Assembly (NCBI GenBank): GCA_016181105.1
Contig: JACOZX010000017.1
Span: 1-38,533, forward strand
Origin: Candidatus Yanofskybacteria bacterium
Lineage (GTDB): Bacteria > Patescibacteriota > Minisyncoccia > 2-02-FULL-40-12 > IGHO2-12-FULL-4
Length of the DNA: 38,533 bases
Reading direction: 5' to 3'
Shown here: positions 36,188 to 38,533 of the stretch, in pieces
Position numbering within the stretch: position 1 is the first letter of the stretch
How the letters are laid out: the number at the start of each line of letters is the position of its first letter
The notes under the pieces: generated by a model
What the model was told of the DNA's origin: nothing
What the model saw: only the letters and a program-made list of their open reading frames with translations
Database searches by the model: none
Program-made: the position numbers and the translations under genes

Positions 36188-37549
36188 CTAGAGTAGCCAT
36201 TTTTTATTCTCCAATTTTGGGCCCAGCATTGAACCTAGAAAAGATTTAGTTACGGTAATCGCCGAAAAAAGGCTGGCCACAACCCCCACGCCTAAAGTCA
36301 GAGCAAAACCTTTGACAACCGAGGTCGTAAAAAGATAAAGAACGACAGCGCCTATCAAAGTTGTAACATGGCTGTCTCTGATGGACAGCCAAGCGCGGCG
36401 AAACCCTTCATTGAAAGCCAGAGACAAGGGTTTGTTTTGAGCCAGCTCCTCCCTCATTCTGGCAAAAATTAAAATATTGGCGTCAACCGCCATGCCTAGA
36501 GAAAGAATAAAACCGGCAATGCCAGCCAAAGTTAAAGTAACTGGAATCAGCTTATAAACAGTCAGAACGACGACAACATAGACCGCCAAAGCCATTACCG
36601 AAACCACGCCCGGCAAACGGTAAAACAAAATCATGAAAAGAGCCACCAAAATCAGGCCGACAACCCCGGCTTTAAAGCTTTTAACCAAAGATTCTTGTCC
36701 CAGTGAAGCGCCTATGCTTTGCTGTGAAATTAAAGATATGGGAACAGGCAAAGCGCCGGCATTCAAACGAGCCGCCAGTTCTTTGGCCTCCTTAACGCTA
36801 AAGTTACCGGTAATTACCGCTTTACCGTCTGGAATGACAGACTGCACCGTCGGAGCGCTGATTGGCATGCCGTCCAAATAAATCGCCAAACGCTTGTTCA
36901 AGTTTTTTTCCGTCAGTTCTTTAAAAATCCGGGCACCCTCGCTATTTAGTTCCAAAGAAACTTGGGTTTCAGCCAAACCCGCGGCGGCGCCGCCGAAGAC
37001 AACCCTTGCGCCGGTTAAATATTTGCCGGTCAGAGAAGTATCAACAAAGTAAGGGTCCTGCTCCAGTTTATCACCCTTTTTTTGAGCTTCCAAAATAGCA
37101 TTCGTTTCCGCCTCCGGACGTTCTTCCTTAAACTGCAGGAACGGTGTCTCACCAATCAGCTTAATCGCTTCTGAAATATCTTTGATACCGGCCAACTCTA
37201 CGACTAAACGATCATTGCCCTCCACTTGAACCAGCGGTTCAGCCACACCAAAAATATTCACTCTCCTCTCAATAACGTCTCTGACTCCTTCCATAGCATC
37301 AGCGGAGCTCTGGCCGCCGGTCAAATTTGAGAGGTCGGCTTTATAAACCAAATGAGTCCCGCCCAAAAGGTCCAAGCCAAGACGAAAAGGAATATTTAAA
37401 AAGTGGGGAATTTTAAAGCCGGCTTTATCAAGCTTGAATTTTGAGTTTAAAAAATCAGCCCCCAAATTAAAACCGGCCGGATAGACTAAAAAAAATAGAA
37501 AGAGAGAAACCAGAAATATAACCAAAGACTTAGTTCTATAACTTTTCAT
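36188..37549 (-). CDS. secD: Protein translocase subunit SecD
   Basis: LGLDLLGG, RRVNIFGVAEP, LNAGALPVP, GMAVDANILIF, VKGFALTL. Confidence 0.97.
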   Translation of the reverse strand: MKSYRTKSLVIFLVSLFLFFLVYPAGFNLGADFLNSKFKLDKAGFKIPHFLNIPFRLGLDLLGGTHLVYKADLSNLTGGQSSADAMEGVRDVIERRVNIFGVAEPLVQVEGNDRLVVELAGIKDISEAIKLIGETPFLQFKEERPEAETNAILEAQKKGDKLEQDPYFVDTSLTGKYLTGARVVFGGAAAGLAETQVSLELNSEGARIFKELTEKNLNKRLAIYLDGMPISAPTVQSVIPDGKAVITGNFSVKEAKELAARLNAGALPVPISLISQQSIGASLGQESLVKSFKAGVVGLILVALFMILFYRLPGVVSVMALAVYVVVVLTVYKLIPVTLTLAGIAGFILSLGMAVDANILIFARMREELAQNKPLSLAFNEGFRRAWLSIRDSHVTTLIGAVVLYLFTTSVVKGFALTLGVGVVASLFSAITVTKSFLGSMLGPKLENKKWLL

Positions 37550-37599
37550 ATCAGGAGATTAACACTAACCCAGACAAAATCAAGCCGAGTTTATAGAAT

Positions 37600-37628
37600 T
37601 TGACGCAAAAAGTAAAAGATAGTAAACT
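37600..37628 (+). promoter_or_regulatory. Sigma70-like promoter for 37669..37950
   Basis: TTGACG-17 nt-TAAACT. Confidence 0.5.
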
Positions 37629-37668
37629 ACGACAAGTTCTTGAAATCTAAATCTTTTGAGGAAAGAAA

Positions 37669-37950
37669 ATGACGGAAAGAGAAAAGATGTTGGAGAAATT
37701 AGCGAAAGCCCGAAAAAACCTCGCGTTTATAAAGGGTGCTGTTGATGAAATAATGAAAAGAAAAACTTCTAACTCTCCTAATACTCTAAAACTTATCTCG
37801 TCTCTTGTGGAAAGTTGCGATGTTTATAACCAGCTTCTATCCGAGAGCTTGGGCCGGGAAGAAAAACTGGAGAAAGAAGCTGCTGAACTTAAAGAAAAGC
37901 TGGCTCTGGCTGAACAAAGCTTGGCCGAACACGATCAGTCCTTTGTCTAA
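37669..37950 (+). CDS. Hypothetical coiled-coil protein
   Basis: GAGG RBS, promoter and terminator frame the ORF. Confidence 0.72.
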   Translation: MTEREKMLEKLAKARKNLAFIKGAVDEIMKRKTSNSPNTLKLISSLVESCDVYNQLLSESLGREEKLEKEAAELKEKLALAEQSLAEHDQSFV

Positions 37951-37952
37951 AC

Positions 37953-37973
37953 AAAAGCCCCAAAAGGGCTTTT
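37953..37973. terminator. Bidirectional terminator
   Basis: AAAAGCCC-CAAAA-GGGCTTTT between convergent ORFs. Confidence 0.75.
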
Positions 37974-38412
37974 AAAATTTTGACACATGGAAAAGGTCAG
38001 AAAATTTACTTTCTGTTTCTGCTGACACGGGTTTTTTCAATGGTTCCGAAGGCGGAGGCACGCCCGGAGCCACTTTTCTTTTCAAGGCATCCTGAATCCA
38101 TTCTCCTTTCAGAAACCAGCCGTTAAGCTTTTTACCTGTATATTTTCTGCCCAGTTTCTTTGCTTCTATTAAATCAAGTGGCTGGAGTTCCCACTCTTCT
38201 TCCGGTGTTTCTTTAAATCCCAAATTTTCAAAAAACTCGTCAACCTGCTTCCGGTCGTCAAAAGGGCCATAAACCTCCTGCTCTGGAAATTTGCCAGCTA
38301 CAACCGCGTAAAATTTTCCTTTCTCAAATCTCGGATCACGTCCAATCGTCTCAAACCACACTTTCTTTGGTTCCAGCATTTCTTTCTCCTTTTGTTGTTT
38401 TATTTCATTCAT
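37972..38412 (-). CDS. Hypothetical protein
   Basis: 146-aa ORF, AAGGAG 8 nt upstream of the ATG. Confidence 0.72.
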   Translation of the reverse strand: MNEIKQQKEKEMLEPKKVWFETIGRDPRFEKGKFYAVVAGKFPEQEVYGPFDDRKQVDEFFENLGFKETPEEEWELQPLDLIEAKKLGRKYTGKKLNGWFLKGEWIQDALKRKVAPGVPPPSEPLKKPVSAETESKFSDLFHVSKF

Positions 38413-38452
38413 GATTCATACTCCTTTAGAAAAATTAGGGAAGATAGTTCAA

Positions 38453-38533
38453 TCTGACTTAGCGATAATTGCTTTTGTAGGCTCTGCAGGTTGTGGATTG
38501 CTCGCGAGTTACTTTTTCAGCCCATTCGCCGCA
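38453..38533 (+). repeat. Structured dispersed element, copy D (truncated by the window end)
   Basis: 38470-38529 matches 29648-29707 at 55/60 nt; the upstream terminal arm differs mostly by transitions. Confidence 0.88.

Noticed and set aside
1-38533. CRISPR array, prophage, transposase or reverse transcriptase
   Set aside because: No regularly spaced repeat-spacer units and no such protein motifs in any frame provided.

Overview
A 38.5-kb bacterial chromosome segment, almost all on the minus strand, with one plus-strand block (uvrB, truB, a hypothetical gene, rpsT). Gene style and content suggest a Patescibacteria/CPR (Parcubacteria-like) genome; this is an inference. Housekeeping genes include lon, ruvA, uvrB, truB, rpsT, murE, a FemABX ligase, mraY, ftsW, a D,D-carboxypeptidase, ddl, a short aspS, secD/secF and tRNA-Lys(UUU). 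The most notable signals are non-coding. (1) A dispersed ~205-nt multi-stem element is present in three close copies (15989-16194, 29631-29839, 38453 to the window end); the two complete copies differ by compensatory base-pair changes. A divergent 157-nt relative (18207-18363) carries a hammerhead-like CUGAUGA/GAA core. (2) A predicted ~50-nt small RNA with its own promoter and terminator converges on an NYN-nuclease gene. (3) An array of small self-promoted ORFs lies downstream of tRNA-Lys, with a repeated junction motif and a degenerate copy of the tRNA 3' end. (4) 21-nt palindromes are inserted in frame in mraY and secF, and murE contains a perfect 19-bp inverted repeat next to a heptamer repeat. 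No CRISPR array, transposase or integrase was recognised. All calls are by eye, with no database searches.
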